The translations under genes were made by a program, and so were the position numbers. A stretch of 64,000 bases of DNA, from NCBI GenBank assembly GCA_964647565.1, contig CAZYIM010000010.1, positions 1 through 64,000 of the forward strand. The letters are read 5' to 3'. This stretch comes from an uncultured Methanosarcinales archaeon (GTDB lineage Archaea > Nanobdellota > Nanobdellia > Woesearchaeales > CAZYIM01). A model generated the notes under the pieces. The model had not been told where the DNA came from. It saw only the letters and a program-made list of their open reading frames with translations, and ran no database searches. The stretch's first letter is position 1; the number at the start of each line of letters is the position of its first letter. Below are positions 37,876-48,753 of the stretch, piece by piece.

Positions 37876-39900
37876 ATGGACGCTGCAGAACAAATTAATC
37901 AGTTTAAAGACTTTTTTGAAAAAATCTATTTTGACAGTCTTGTGGAGAATATTAGTCAAGGTAAGAAATTTATAAATATTAATTTCAACGATATATCTCA
38001 ATATTATCCCGATCTAGCAGATTCTCTACTGGAAATGCCTGAAGATGTAATAAAAGCAGGCGAAAAAGCTGTTGAGCAATTGGATATCGAAGGAGATACC
38101 AAAAAATTCAAGACGCGATTCACAAACTTACCTGAAAGTCAGCATCTACGTATCCGAGATATTAGAAGCAGTCAGATTTCAAAATTTATCCAGTTAGAAG
38201 GTATAGTAAGACAAAAATCAGATATCCGGCCCAAAGTCACAACTGCCAAGTTCGAATGTCCTTCTTGTGGAAATACTATCTTTGTTCTGCAGACAGAACA
38301 CGACAAATTCAAGGAGCCTACCAAATGTGGTTGTGGGAGGAAAGGGGCATTCCGACTCATCGATAAAGAGCTTGTTGATGTTCAGAAAATCGTACTCGAA
38401 GAATGTCCTGAAGAGTTAGAGGGTTCTGAGCAGCCAAAAAGACTAAATATCTTTCTGCAATCAGATCTAGTATCGCCAATTTCAGATAAGAGAACTAATC
38501 CTGGCAGCAAAATAAGGGTTGTTGGTATTTTAAAAGAGATCCCAATAATACTAGCAACAGGAGGTAGATCCACCAGATTTGACTTAATGTTGGACACTAA
38601 TTATGTAGAACCAATCCAAGAAGATTTCTATGATATACGTATTTCAAAAGAAGATAAAAAAGCAATTTTAGAACTGTCAGAAGAGCCCCAAGTGTATAAG
38701 AAACTCATCAACTCCATTGCACCAACCATATATGGTCATGATAAAGTAAAAGAAGCTCTTTTACTCCAACTATTAGGCGGCTACAGAAAAACAGTGGGAA
38801 AGGGCTCTTCAATGAGAGGAGACATGCACGTCCTTCTTATAGGAGATCCTGGTTCAGGTAAGAGTCAGCTTTTAAAGAGAGTGGGCGCAATAGCTCCAAA
38901 AGCAAGATATGTCACAGGAAAGGGTGCAAGCGGGACAGGTCTAACTGCAACAGTTGTCAAAGATGAATTCTTAAGAGGTTGGGCCCTTGAAGCAGGAGCA
39001 CTTGTTCTTGCAAACAAAGGCATCTGTTGTATAGATGAACTTGATAAAATGTCTAAAGAGGACAGAAGTGCTATGCATGAAGCCTTGGAGCAACAGACCA
39101 TCACCATTGCCAAAGCTAACATTCAAGCGACTTTAATGGCAGAAACAACAGTTCTTGCAGCGGCAAACCCTAAGTTTGGAAGGTTTGATCCATTTCAGTC
39201 TCCTGCAGAACAAATAGATCTTCCCTCGACTTTGATCAACAGATTTGATTTGATTTTTCCAATTCGGGACTTACCCGACAAGACTAAAGATGACAAACTA
39301 GCATCTTTTATTCTATCCTTACATAAACAGGAAATAATGCCTGAAGAAGAAGTTGATCCGGACTTGTTGAAAAAATACATATCCTATGCTCGGCAGAATA
39401 TAAAACCTCAGCTCACAGATGTAGCAATGAAAGAGCTTAAAGAGTACTATGTTAAGATGCGAAACGCTGCCAGCGATGAACAACAAGCCATCAAAGCCAT
39501 TCCCATCTCAGCCAGACAACTAGAAGCGCTTGTTAGGCTTGCAGAAGCATCTGCTAGAACAAGACTAAGTCAAAAAGTGACTAAAAAAGATGCAAGAATC
39601 GCTATTGAATTGGTTCATTTTTGTTTATCACAAATAGGAGTCGATCCTGAGACCGGAAAAATAGACATAGACAGGATAACAACAGGTATAAGTGCAAGCC
39701 AAAGATCTCATATCGTTGTTGTAAGAGAAGTGATCAATGAGTTAGAACGAACTATGGGTAAAGAAATCCCAATTGAAGATATAGTAAGACAGGCAGAGAT
39801 AAGAGGTGTGTCTAAAGAGAAGACAGAAGAAGTTATTGAAAAGCTCAATAGATCTGGAGATGTTTTTAAACCAAGACCAGGTCTTATTACAAAAGTTTAA
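37876..39900 (+). CDS. mcm: Replicative helicase MCM
   Basis: Zn finger CPSC/CGC, GDPGSGKSQ, IDELDKM, AAANP..GRFD, ISARQLE; no intein evident. Confidence 0.98.
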   Translation: MDAAEQINQFKDFFEKIYFDSLVENISQGKKFININFNDISQYYPDLADSLLEMPEDVIKAGEKAVEQLDIEGDTKKFKTRFTNLPESQHLRIRDIRSSQISKFIQLEGIVRQKSDIRPKVTTAKFECPSCGNTIFVLQTEHDKFKEPTKCGCGRKGAFRLIDKELVDVQKIVLEECPEELEGSEQPKRLNIFLQSDLVSPISDKRTNPGSKIRVVGILKEIPIILATGGRSTRFDLMLDTNYVEPIQEDFYDIRISKEDKKAILELSEEPQVYKKLINSIAPTIYGHDKVKEALLLQLLGGYRKTVGKGSSMRGDMHVLLIGDPGSGKSQLLKRVGAIAPKARYVTGKGASGTGLTATVVKDEFLRGWALEAGALVLANKGICCIDELDKMSKEDRSAMHEALEQQTITIAKANIQATLMAETTVLAAANPKFGRFDPFQSPAEQIDLPSTLINRFDLIFPIRDLPDKTKDDKLASFILSLHKQEIMPEEEVDPDLLKKYISYARQNIKPQLTDVAMKELKEYYVKMRNAASDEQQAIKAIPISARQLEALVRLAEASARTRLSQKVTKKDARIAIELVHFCLSQIGVDPETGKIDIDRITTGISASQRSHIVVVREVINELERTMGKEIPIEDIVRQAEIRGVSKEKTEEVIEKLNRSGDVFKPRPGLITKV

Positions 39901-39928
39901 TAATTTGTTAGGGGAATAATATCATAAA

Positions 39929-40576
39929 ATGGAGTCATTCAAAAGAGAGACTGCTAAAAAATGCAGAGTTAAGCATATTCTTGAGGGCTCTTATATAAAA
40001 AAAGAGGGTTGGGAACCCAACTATATCGACACGGGAGATGTAAGAATCTCTAGGGTTAATATCTTAGGTTTTGTAGTATCAAAAGAGGGTCCAAAAGAAT
40101 TTTTATTGGATGACAGCCACAGGATTCGTGTCAGAAGTTTTGATCAGCCTTTTGATCACATTAAAGTGGGAGATATGACACTCATAATTGGAAGACCTAA
40201 AGTATACAATGAGCAAAAATATATACTCTCCGAAATTGTAAAGATAATAAAAAACAAAAAGTGGATGGAGTATAGGTTATTAGAGCTTGATAAAGAAAAG
40301 AGTAGTAATTCTGAAATGCCTGTTGTAAACACAAAAATTGCAATCCAGAAGACTGAAAAAGACGCTCATTCTCCAGATAAGAAGCCAACAGAGAACACTA
40401 AAAATAACAAGCCAGCATTACTTGATAAAATAAGAACCTTAGATCAAGGAGATGGTGTAGACATTGATGTCTTGATAAATACTCTAGATATTGAAACTCC
40501 TGAAAAAAAGATAAATCAACTACTAGAACAAGGAGAAGTCTTCGAAATAAGACCGGGTAAGATTAAAGTCATTTAG
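39929..40576 (+). CDS. OB-fold plus C-terminal winged-helix protein, RPA2/RPA32-like
   Basis: RVNILGFVV...LLDD...IRVR.F...GD...IIGRPKVYN OB-fold; C-terminal I.QLL.QGEVFE.RPG wHTH. Confidence 0.75.
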   Translation: MESFKRETAKKCRVKHILEGSYIKKEGWEPNYIDTGDVRISRVNILGFVVSKEGPKEFLLDDSHRIRVRSFDQPFDHIKVGDMTLIIGRPKVYNEQKYILSEIVKIIKNKKWMEYRLLELDKEKSSNSEMPVVNTKIAIQKTEKDAHSPDKKPTENTKNNKPALLDKIRTLDQGDGVDIDVLINTLDIETPEKKINQLLEQGEVFEIRPGKIKVI

Positions 40577-41424
40577 AATATTAAAGGCGTTACATAGACT
40601 TCTAAAAGGGCCGCAACAAGTATTATGAATATGCTTAAGAGCATCAGATCTGCAGAATCTAACAAAATGTGCTCAAACTTTCTTGTGCTAAAATCGTGCT
40701 TGATAACAGCAACAGAAATTATGCCGCCTGCTAGCGCAGCAGTAAAATATCCAAGTATTTCTGGGACGCCATGAATCACGTACTTGAATAAGCCTATAGA
40801 AATCACTTGAAAATAATGTGCTGTCTTATCCCAACCAACCAAGTTAGAATAAGAGGCTAAATTAGTTCTAATGAAATTACCTATGGCTGTGCCAATGACA
40901 GACGCATTCCACGTTAAAATAAATATTGCACCCGAACCATATAGAAAAGAGAAGAGGACACAAAAAATAAGCACTTTCATGTTATTGAAAAATATTTTTG
41001 AAAATATATTCCATTGACTGCCTGCAGCTCCCGTTACGCGGCCATTAATAGCAGTTATGGTATCTGTTTGTGTCTTAAAAAGTACATCCACTGTTGCAGG
41101 AGAGACTAAAACATACCAAACAAATACTGCTACAGTAATGCCGATGAACAGGTTAATGAAACAAGATAGTGCTTTACCATGTTCTTTAAGAAGTGCTTTT
41201 TCTCCTTTCAAATATAAATCCTTACCTTCTTCCATTTTGATAGTGTTGTATATCAAAGGTAACGCCGCCATTGCAGTTAAAAACACTAGAATAAGGCTTG
41301 ACTGGCTTTTAAAAATCCATAAACTTAGCAAGATTGCGACAGAACAATACAAAAAGCCCAAGAGTACAACTTTTCTAGGGCTGCTCTCTGCATTAAAGGG
41401 GTTAAGTAAAGATTCGAGCACCAT
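40573..41424 (-). CDS. Stage II sporulation protein M (SpoIIM/DUF95)-like membrane protein
   Basis: IFFNN..V, WNASVIG, HGVPEI, AALLEVYVTP. Confidence 0.85.
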   Translation of the reverse strand: MVLESLLNPFNAESSPRKVVLLGFLYCSVAILLSLWIFKSQSSLILVFLTAMAALPLIYNTIKMEEGKDLYLKGEKALLKEHGKALSCFINLFIGITVAVFVWYVLVSPATVDVLFKTQTDTITAINGRVTGAAGSQWNIFSKIFFNNMKVLIFCVLFSFLYGSGAIFILTWNASVIGTAIGNFIRTNLASYSNLVGWDKTAHYFQVISIGLFKYVIHGVPEILGYFTAALAGGIISVAVIKHDFSTRKFEHILLDSADLMLLSIFIILVAALLEVYVTPLIF

Positions 41425-41503
41425 ACTTGCTACCTACAAAAACACATTTAAATACTTTTCTAAACAAAAAAACTTAAATAAGGTGGAGTAACTCCTTCCT
41501 ATT

Positions 41504-41911
41504 ATGAAGTATGAAGATATGCTTAAAAGAGCCAAGAAGGATTTGCCGGAAAACCTTCAAAAAGTAGAAAGATTCGAGGTCCCTAAAATAAGAGGCCATA
41601 TCCAAGGTAATAAAACAATAATTAGCAACTTTGTTCAGATAGCCAATCTTTTGAATAGAAAACCCGAACATCTATTAAAATATGTTCTAAAGGAACTGGC
41701 AACACCAGGAGATATAAAGAAAAATGTGGTGATATTCGGTACTAAAGTTCCCGCATCTAAGATAAACGATAAAGTTCAAAAATATGTAGATCAGTTTGTT
41801 ATATGTAAAGAATGCGGTAAGCCAGATACTAAATTAACCAAGGAGGGGAATATTTTCTTTATTAAATGTCAGGCGTGTGGTGCAAAGCATTCTGTTTTTG
41901 CAAAGATTTAA
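41504..41911 (+). CDS. eif2b: Translation initiation factor 2 subunit beta
   Basis: ERFEVP, GNKTII.NF, KELAT.G, C.ECGKPDT, C.ACGA. Confidence 0.96.
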   Translation: MKYEDMLKRAKKDLPENLQKVERFEVPKIRGHIQGNKTIISNFVQIANLLNRKPEHLLKYVLKELATPGDIKKNVVIFGTKVPASKINDKVQKYVDQFVICKECGKPDTKLTKEGNIFFIKCQACGAKHSVFAKI

Positions 41912-41921
41912 ATAAAGAATT

Positions 41922-42104
41922 CTAAAATAAGGTATATATAAAAGGAGATGCAGGTGTGCTCTGGCCAAATATTATCAAGATGCCTAATAGGACGAGCATG
42001 ATGATTATTGGAAGAAGCCACCATTTCTTATTCTCTTTTAAAAAATCCCAAAACTCTTTAAGTAAGGATGTCTTATGCTTCTTTTTAACGCTCTTTTTAA
42101 CCAT
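41922..42104 (-). CDS. DUF5989-like small membrane protein
   Basis: FW.FLKENKKWWLLPII...PFIYTLF signature. Confidence 0.85.
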   Translation of the reverse strand: MVKKSVKKKHKTSLLKEFWDFLKENKKWWLLPIIIMLVLLGILIIFGQSTPASPFIYTLF

Positions 42105-42172
42105 ATATATCGAAAGATACTAAATAGTATAAAAATATTGCTGTTTAGAAAAAAATTTAAACTTATAAAATA

Positions 42173-42457
42173 ATGAATTATAATATGAGAAAGATCAAGC
42201 TCATTCTTTCAGGAAGGGTTCAGGATATAGGATATAGATATTTTGTTAGATCTAAAGCCCAATTATTTAATATAAATGGATGGATAAAAAATATGTCAAG
42301 TGGCGAAGTTGTTATAATTGCAGAAGGTAAAGATGAAGCTTTAAATCAGTTTAAAAAAATTTGCAAGGAAGGCCCACTTTTTGCAAATATTGATACTTTT
42401 GAGGAAGAAGATCTTGAATTTAGAAATGAATTTGACGATTTTAAGGTTATTTTTTAA
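42173..42457 (+). CDS. acyP: Acylphosphatase
   Basis: SGRVQ.IGYR, GWIKN...G.V...AEG, GP..A. Confidence 0.9.
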   Translation: MNYNMRKIKLILSGRVQDIGYRYFVRSKAQLFNINGWIKNMSSGEVVIIAEGKDEALNQFKKICKEGPLFANIDTFEEEDLEFRNEFDDFKVIF

Positions 42458-45400
42458 GCCACCCATCTGCCTAGTGCTTCTTGTTTCTCTTTCTCCTTAC
42501 CAAAAACATCCTCAAACCGCCTCTTTGTGAGCTCGAGACTTTGTTTAAGATACGTTGAAACATTGTATTCTTCAGCTAAGTTTAAACTAAGATCAAGATA
42601 TTTAGCTACAGAACCTTGAGATATAGTAAAAATAATTTTACCCCCACAAGAAAGACAAATACCTGAAAGTGGTGGTCGTCGATATTTATCGTTACAATTA
42701 ACACATCTGAACTGTTGAGAAGAGAATTTCCTTAAGTTACCTTTGGTATCTTTGATGAAATGCTTTTCAATTACAAGCCTAGCCACATCAGTTTGGTCTA
42801 CAGCCCTTATTATACCCGCAAGTTCCATCTGTCCATCCAATTTATCCTGCATTGTTGGCAAGAGTTTATATGCAGAACATAATACGCCACTATTAATATT
42901 ATCTGTATCATGGGTAAACCCATATCCTTCATACTGTAGAGGCGTTTCAAGAACGTCATTAACCAACTTTAGTTTTATATCCCAAGGCATCTTGAAATTC
43001 ATTGCAGCTTCGTATAATGCCAAGGGATAGTTCCACACAATATCCACATTAAAAGCCATGTCATCAACCTCTGCAGGATTAAGAAAATATGTAAGAACTA
43101 AAGGCGCATCCATAGTACTACCTCTAGATGCTGGAAGATATTTTCTGGAGAAATTTAAAAATGCATCCATAAGTAAAAAAACACAAGATTCATCACCATC
43201 TACATCTCGTCGCATCGCTGCGTGAAACAAAGGATGTGCTAAAAAGCCTTGGGTTTTGGAAAAACCAATTATCCTTCCTAATATGCCTGCAGAGGTGTGT
43301 GGCGCAAGACCAACCACATAATGTCCAATAAGGCACTCTTTATTCTGAAGATCATAAAAGGGTTTTAGACCATAGAATGTAACTAGTAATTCATCTATAA
43401 ATTTGGTTGTCCTAAACAGAACTTCATCTGCAGGTTCATCAGGAGAGGCAGGACAACTAGGTAAAACAATATCTTGTGCTTTTAATTCTAACACTTGATT
43501 ATCATTAACAAGAGGTTTGCCATAAACATCCATTTCATATCCCATCTCTCTTAATTTTTGAATAGAGACAAAGATCTCCTTAGGCTTGAAGTGTGTTAAA
43601 ACTGCTTCAGAAATATCGTATCTGATTGTTCCATCTTTATTAACATGTACTTTGTGTTTAGCTCGTAGAATACCTTTCAGAAGGTGTTCTGGTGTGTGAT
43701 CTAAATTAGATGTTCCTCTGACTCCTTTTATTAAATCAGGCATGAGCTTGGTGTCCATTTTCTTTAAAATTGCGTTAAAATAACTTCGAATATCTATAGA
43801 TCTTGTTCTATACGCTGCTTTATCATGGGTACAACCTTTCTCATCTACAACTCCACAAGTTGTACAATAAAATTTCTTAACTGTTTTTTTATCACAAGTT
43901 TCACAAATCGGTAAAACAGTTTCTTGATTGCAAGACTTACAGAAAAAAATTGGAAAATTTGAAGTAACCTTGCCGTTTTCCAAAGCAGCTTGAAAAGACC
44001 TCATTTTTCCACCCTCATTACCAACAGGGAACAATACATGTGGGCTGCCCGTAAGTTTCCTCATTTTAGCCTTCTCAGGACGTCCCATTCTTGCACCTAT
44101 GAATGTACCTGACTTGTCCCGGATCTTAAACGGAGAAAGCATATTGATGGTCTGTAGACTGTTAGCTGTATTGTTTTTCTTTAAGTAAGAAATTTTATTT
44201 TCGATGTCAGACAGTTTAGTTATTCCTAAATTAAGCAACAAATCTTTTGCGATGTCATCTTCAAGGACCACAAATTCATTATTTACAAACAAATGTGGAA
44301 TGCCTGCAGATTCCAACACAGTTTTAGCATCATTTTTAGGCAGAATGATTTTTTTTTCATGAATCTTGGCGCTTTTCAACCAAGTCAGCAGATTAATTAA
44401 TTCATCATTAGATATTCCAGACCAATAAAAAGTATGTTTTGGATGCAGTGGTGTGGATGTCGAAGATGCTAAAGCTAATGCAATATTGGTAGAAATTTTA
44501 GTCTTCAAAGGTCGTTTAAAAAGTATATTAAGCTTATCAACATCTATATTTACTAAATCCGCCAATTTCTCCAGATCAAAAGTCCCAAACATTTTCACAC
44601 ACGCTTTCTCTAGCTCTAAAATCCAGAATTCTTCACAATATCCTGGAGGAACTAGAGGGTGTGCTCTATCAAAGAAGTCACCATAATTTACTAAAACATC
44701 ACCTAGAAAAATAATTTCCTCAACATCCTTCTTATACTGTTTTGCCAAGGCTTCAGTGGCAAGGTAAACAACAGAACCGTTTTTTAATCTAACAATAGGA
44801 CCATCAATAACATCACAAGGAGTATATGTTGTCGCTTTTCCAGGCCTCTCCACTTTTAATTGTGTAACAACCGCAATATAATTCTTTAATACTTGCATCG
44901 TTGCAGGATGAACACATTGACCAGAATACCCTGATGCCCTGGAACGTCCATATCTTAATCTAAATCCGCCCTTTTTTAGAGGATGAGAAAGTATAGGTCT
45001 TCCAGCAGGTAAATCTTTAATATATGTAAAATCTGGAGATATTCCTTGCTCCTCTTTTTTGTCAGCACCCTGTGCTTTTGCTTTTTTTTGTATCTTTAAG
45101 AAATCTTCTAGAAAAAACCAGTCTTCCATGTTAAAATTTTTACCCCATTTACTAAGAGGTTTCCAAAGTTTAGGTGCTTTTAAGGGTATACATGAGCTAT
45201 GAATTAGACAGTATCCGCTTCTTAACCGGTTAGTTTCTATCCTCTGCAAATCCTTAAGATTTACATTAGAGAGCTCTCGCTTTTCAGACGGATCTCCCGC
45301 TATCTCTATAGGCATATTATGCATTAAAAATTCAGATTCTTCTTTAGACGGAAAATATTGGAGATTTGTTATATACTCATGATAATCTTCTAGTTCTGCA

Positions 45401-45978
45401 GCACAGCGTTTAACCTCTTTTTCATCCGGATCGTATTTTGCATATCCGAATTTTTTACGTATATAATCTGCTATTAAAACAGATGCTGCTGCAGCCGTGC
45501 CCCCTGCATTTCTTACAGGCCCAGAATAATTTAGACAAAAATATTTACCCTGTCCGTCTCTTCTTGCTTTTATATCTAAAGATGTAAATCCTTCTAGAGG
45601 ACTACTCACAACACCCAGAGTCACATAACTAAATCCAACCCTAATACCCACCTCGATTGCTTCTTGTTCATCCTTAAACTTACAATATTTCTGACGTGCT
45701 ATTTCTTCAGAAATTGTGAACGCAACTCTCCAGTCCAAAACACCATATTTTTTTTCAAGATCTGTTATTCTTTTCTCAACACCTTTACCTTTTATCTGAG
45801 GTGCAATCACGCTAATCAGACCTACAACCCTATCGGCCATATCTTTTGCTAATGTAACTTCAACATCATCTTCAGGGTCATATCCTTTTCTTCTGGCATC
45901 CTTAGCTATTTTATGGGCAACAACGCAATCTTTCTCTAATCTGTCAAAATATTTTCCCATCTGTTTTGAATATCTCAT
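42454..45978 (-). CDS. polC: DNA polymerase D large subunit DP2
   Basis: GGFRLRYGRSR, IGARMGRPEKAK.R, KDGTIRYD, LAPHTSAG..GR, RRDVDGDE, RG.TMDAPL, C-terminal Zn finger; no intein evident. Confidence 0.97.
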   Translation of the reverse strand: MRYSKQMGKYFDRLEKDCVVAHKIAKDARRKGYDPEDDVEVTLAKDMADRVVGLISVIAPQIKGKGVEKRITDLEKKYGVLDWRVAFTISEEIARQKYCKFKDEQEAIEVGIRVGFSYVTLGVVSSPLEGFTSLDIKARRDGQGKYFCLNYSGPVRNAGGTAAAASVLIADYIRKKFGYAKYDPDEKEVKRCAAELEDYHEYITNLQYFPSKEESEFLMHNMPIEIAGDPSEKRELSNVNLKDLQRIETNRLRSGYCLIHSSCIPLKAPKLWKPLSKWGKNFNMEDWFFLEDFLKIQKKAKAQGADKKEEQGISPDFTYIKDLPAGRPILSHPLKKGGFRLRYGRSRASGYSGQCVHPATMQVLKNYIAVVTQLKVERPGKATTYTPCDVIDGPIVRLKNGSVVYLATEALAKQYKKDVEEIIFLGDVLVNYGDFFDRAHPLVPPGYCEEFWILELEKACVKMFGTFDLEKLADLVNIDVDKLNILFKRPLKTKISTNIALALASSTSTPLHPKHTFYWSGISNDELINLLTWLKSAKIHEKKIILPKNDAKTVLESAGIPHLFVNNEFVVLEDDIAKDLLLNLGITKLSDIENKISYLKKNNTANSLQTINMLSPFKIRDKSGTFIGARMGRPEKAKMRKLTGSPHVLFPVGNEGGKMRSFQAALENGKVTSNFPIFFCKSCNQETVLPICETCDKKTVKKFYCTTCGVVDEKGCTHDKAAYRTRSIDIRSYFNAILKKMDTKLMPDLIKGVRGTSNLDHTPEHLLKGILRAKHKVHVNKDGTIRYDISEAVLTHFKPKEIFVSIQKLREMGYEMDVYGKPLVNDNQVLELKAQDIVLPSCPASPDEPADEVLFRTTKFIDELLVTFYGLKPFYDLQNKECLIGHYVVGLAPHTSAGILGRIIGFSKTQGFLAHPLFHAAMRRDVDGDESCVFLLMDAFLNFSRKYLPASRGSTMDAPLVLTYFLNPAEVDDMAFNVDIVWNYPLALYEAAMNFKMPWDIKLKLVNDVLETPLQYEGYGFTHDTDNINSGVLCSAYKLLPTMQDKLDGQMELAGIIRAVDQTDVARLVIEKHFIKDTKGNLRKFSSQQFRCVNCNDKYRRPPLSGICLSCGGKIIFTISQGSVAKYLDLSLNLAEEYNVSTYLKQSLELTKRRFEDVFGKEKEKQEALGRWVA

Positions 45979-47531
45979 TTTTTCGTTGTCTCCTGATGAT
46001 AAAAGTTCATTATTTTAGAATCTCTTGTTTGGAGATTAACCACTATAACTCTTCCTGGCTGAGGAACAAGACCTCTTTTCTCCTGATCTTCAGTCATAGA
46101 CACCCAACAAGAACAATTTAACAAACTAACATTTCTGTATGCGCTAACAGAAACCCTGTGAATGTGTCCTGTTACAAAAAAATCAGGTATCTTATCTATA
46201 ATAAGAGGATCTGCATTTGCATCAGGGATATAAAGAGTTGATTCGTGAGTAGGTGCTAAGTGTCTTCTTTTAAGTAAAAATTTTAATAACAGATCAGGTC
46301 TTTTTTGACCGCCTGCTACACGAATACTCTCTACATTGTCAGCATAGTATATAAGGGAGTATCCATGATAGAGCAAAACATCAAAACCTCCAAAATCTTC
46401 TGTTGCACCTATGTTAATAAAAGCAGGATTACTAACAATTGTAACGTTGGGTAAATTCCAGATAGCTTCTGAAAAATCTGTATAAATTTGAGGTTGTGGT
46501 TCAGCAATTCTTCCAGCATCATGATTGCCTGAGCAAAGAATTATTTGTACATGAGAAGGTACTAATTTCAGCAGCTCTGCTAAAGCATCATATTGCTTTT
46601 TAATATCTGTAATATGCAAATCATCTTCTTGACCAGGATATATACCCACACCATCCACAAGATCGCCTGCAATAAAAAGATATTTTATTTTACTCGCTAT
46701 ATTCTTTTGAAATTGATTGCCTGATTGTCCATTTAACCAATATAAGAATTTTTTAAATTCTTTTTCTAAAAAAACAGTAGAACCCATATGAATATCCCCA
46801 ATAAATACCGCATATTCTTCTTCAGGGGATTTTTTCAATTCTTTAAATGTAATGTCTGGAAAAATAACATTATTCACAAAAATAATGTTATCTCCAAAAA
46901 CACCTGTAATACCTATAACCTCATCTAAAACTATATCTCTTGCAGGGGTATATATATCTTTTTTGTTTTTACTGATTAACACATTGATTTTTCCAGAAGC
47001 ATCTTCAAGCTTGAGTATTATATTATCGTTCTTAGTTATAGATTTATCTGAAACCATACCAATTATAGAAACTTCTTTATCTTTTTTACCATTAAGATTA
47101 CGAATCATTGTTAATCCTTGAAGCTCAGGTCTAGCTCTTAACAAAGCTTCTAATTTGTTAAATCTGCTGTTGAATAGAGACACAAAATCATTAAAGGTTC
47201 TTTTTTTAGGTTCAGAATCATAAGAAAAAACAACATCAACTTTATGACCTAATTTGTTTTGAGCATCTTGTTTATTATTTAATTCAGAATGAACAAATGT
47301 ATCATATACGTGGGTGTTACCTTTTTCATACAAAACGCGGGCCTTGTCAAGTTCTTTAAGATCTGTATCTATTTTGTTATTATTTGAAAAAATTTGCAGA
47401 ATATCTTTATTTAAAACAGTGATATTGTGTGGTAATTCACCTTGATCAGATTGTGTTTCTTGATTTAAAATTTCTGGACTAATTAGAATACCTTTTTTTA
47501 AATATGAAGATATCTTATCTGAAAAGTTCAT
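45975..47531 (-). CDS. polB: DNA polymerase D small subunit DP1 (proofreading exonuclease)
   Basis: OB-fold plus phosphoesterase motifs DIHMGS, GDLVDG, GNHD, HG, GHIH. Confidence 0.96.
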   Translation of the reverse strand: MNFSDKISSYLKKGILISPEILNQETQSDQGELPHNITVLNKDILQIFSNNNKIDTDLKELDKARVLYEKGNTHVYDTFVHSELNNKQDAQNKLGHKVDVVFSYDSEPKKRTFNDFVSLFNSRFNKLEALLRARPELQGLTMIRNLNGKKDKEVSIIGMVSDKSITKNDNIILKLEDASGKINVLISKNKKDIYTPARDIVLDEVIGITGVFGDNIIFVNNVIFPDITFKELKKSPEEEYAVFIGDIHMGSTVFLEKEFKKFLYWLNGQSGNQFQKNIASKIKYLFIAGDLVDGVGIYPGQEDDLHITDIKKQYDALAELLKLVPSHVQIILCSGNHDAGRIAEPQPQIYTDFSEAIWNLPNVTIVSNPAFINIGATEDFGGFDVLLYHGYSLIYYADNVESIRVAGGQKRPDLLLKFLLKRRHLAPTHESTLYIPDANADPLIIDKIPDFFVTGHIHRVSVSAYRNVSLLNCSCWVSMTEDQEKRGLVPQPGRVIVVNLQTRDSKIMNFYHQETTKK

Positions 47532-47532
47532 T

Positions 47533-48753
47533 TTAATATTCTAACCCTAAAAGTCTTTCTAATAAAGACTTAACCTCTTTAAATATATCTATAGGAAAGC
47601 CTAAAGTAATTTCCCTAGTTCTCCCAAAACGTCCTTTTGAAATAACCTTAGCATTAATGATCCCTAACATATCTAATTCTGATAAAATATCCGAGATTCT
47701 CCTTTGTGTTAAAGGTCTGACATTAATCTGAGAGCATAAATCTTTATAAAATTCATAAACATCTCCTGTAAATTCAATTTTCTTGTGGTTAGAAGATATA
47801 GAAATTACAGAATATAGAACAGCTTGATATTGTTTTGGTTGAGACTGTAGAATTTCTTGTATTTTATCTCTATCAATTTTTTCTTCTGCTAAATCAATAT
47901 GTTTTATATCGATACAGTTTGAACAACTTCGTTCTGCCAATTCGCCTGAAACACGAAGTAATTCTAAAGCTCTTCGTGCATCACCATGTTCTCTGGCAGC
48001 ATAAGCAGCGCATTTTTCTATCACTCCTTGTTTAAGAATTCCTTTTTTAAATGCTTTTTTAGCCCTTTGTTTAAGAATACTTTGTAGTTGAATAGCATTA
48101 TATGGAGAAAATATGAGCTCTTCTTCACTTAAAGAAGATTTAACTTGAGGATGTAAAATATCTGAAAACATCATATCGTTGCTAATGCCCACTAGAGAGA
48201 CTTGAGATTTTAATAATTCACTATTTATTCTCGTTAGGTTATAGAGAACATCGTTGCCTGTTTTTTTAACTAGTTGGTCTATTTCATCTAATATTAACAA
48301 GACAAATTTTTGTTCTGAGTCTAAAGCATTGTAAAAACTGTTGTATACTTCATCTGTTGGTAGACCCGTTACAGGAATAGCTTTTCCAAATTCTCTTGCA
48401 ATATGTGCGATCAACCTATACTCTGTATCTGCTATTTTTTTTAATTTGCAATTAATATAAATTATCTTTAAAGGAATCTTTTGTTCTTTAGAAACAGTCT
48501 CAAGCTGATTTTTTATGAATTTAAGAGATAGTGTTTTGCCTGTGCCTGTTTTACCATAAATAAACAAATTTGATGTTTTTTCAAGTTTAAGAGAGGGTGC
48601 TAAAATTTGAGCAATCTTATTCAATTCACCATCTCTATGCTTGATTTCATATGGAATATATGTTGCTTGTAAATGTTTTTTGTCATGAAATAAAGACTCT
48701 TTAGTCATAAAATCTTTAAAATAAGAATTAATTTTATTCATTTTAGTTTCCAA
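47533..48753 (-). CDS. cdc6: Orc1/Cdc6 replication initiator
   Basis: GKTGTGKT Walker A, LDEID Walker B, GDARRAL, C-terminal S.GR.GRTR wHTH; start may be ATG at 48741. Confidence 0.97.
   Translation of the reverse strand: METKMNKINSYFKDFMTKESLFHDKKHLQATYIPYEIKHRDGELNKIAQILAPSLKLEKTSNLFIYGKTGTGKTLSLKFIKNQLETVSKEQKIPLKIIYINCKLKKIADTEYRLIAHIAREFGKAIPVTGLPTDEVYNSFYNALDSEQKFVLLILDEIDQLVKKTGNDVLYNLTRINSELLKSQVSLVGISNDMMFSDILHPQVKSSLSEEELIFSPYNAIQLQSILKQRAKKAFKKGILKQGVIEKCAAYAAREHGDARRALELLRVSGELAERSCSNCIDIKHIDLAEEKIDRDKIQEILQSQPKQYQAVLYSVISISSNHKKIEFTGDVYEFYKDLCSQINVRPLTQRRISDILSELDMLGIINAKVISKGRFGRTREITLGFPIDIFKEVKSLLERLLGLEY

Noticed and set aside
41922..42104. DUF5989-like gene as a marker of a biosynthetic cluster
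   Set aside because: It is isolated here, with no carbamoyltransferase or SxtJ-like neighbours
42454..45978. Possible inteins in DP2, MCM or Cdc6
   Set aside because: Lengths match intein-free proteins and no splice-junction or homing-endonuclease motifs were seen
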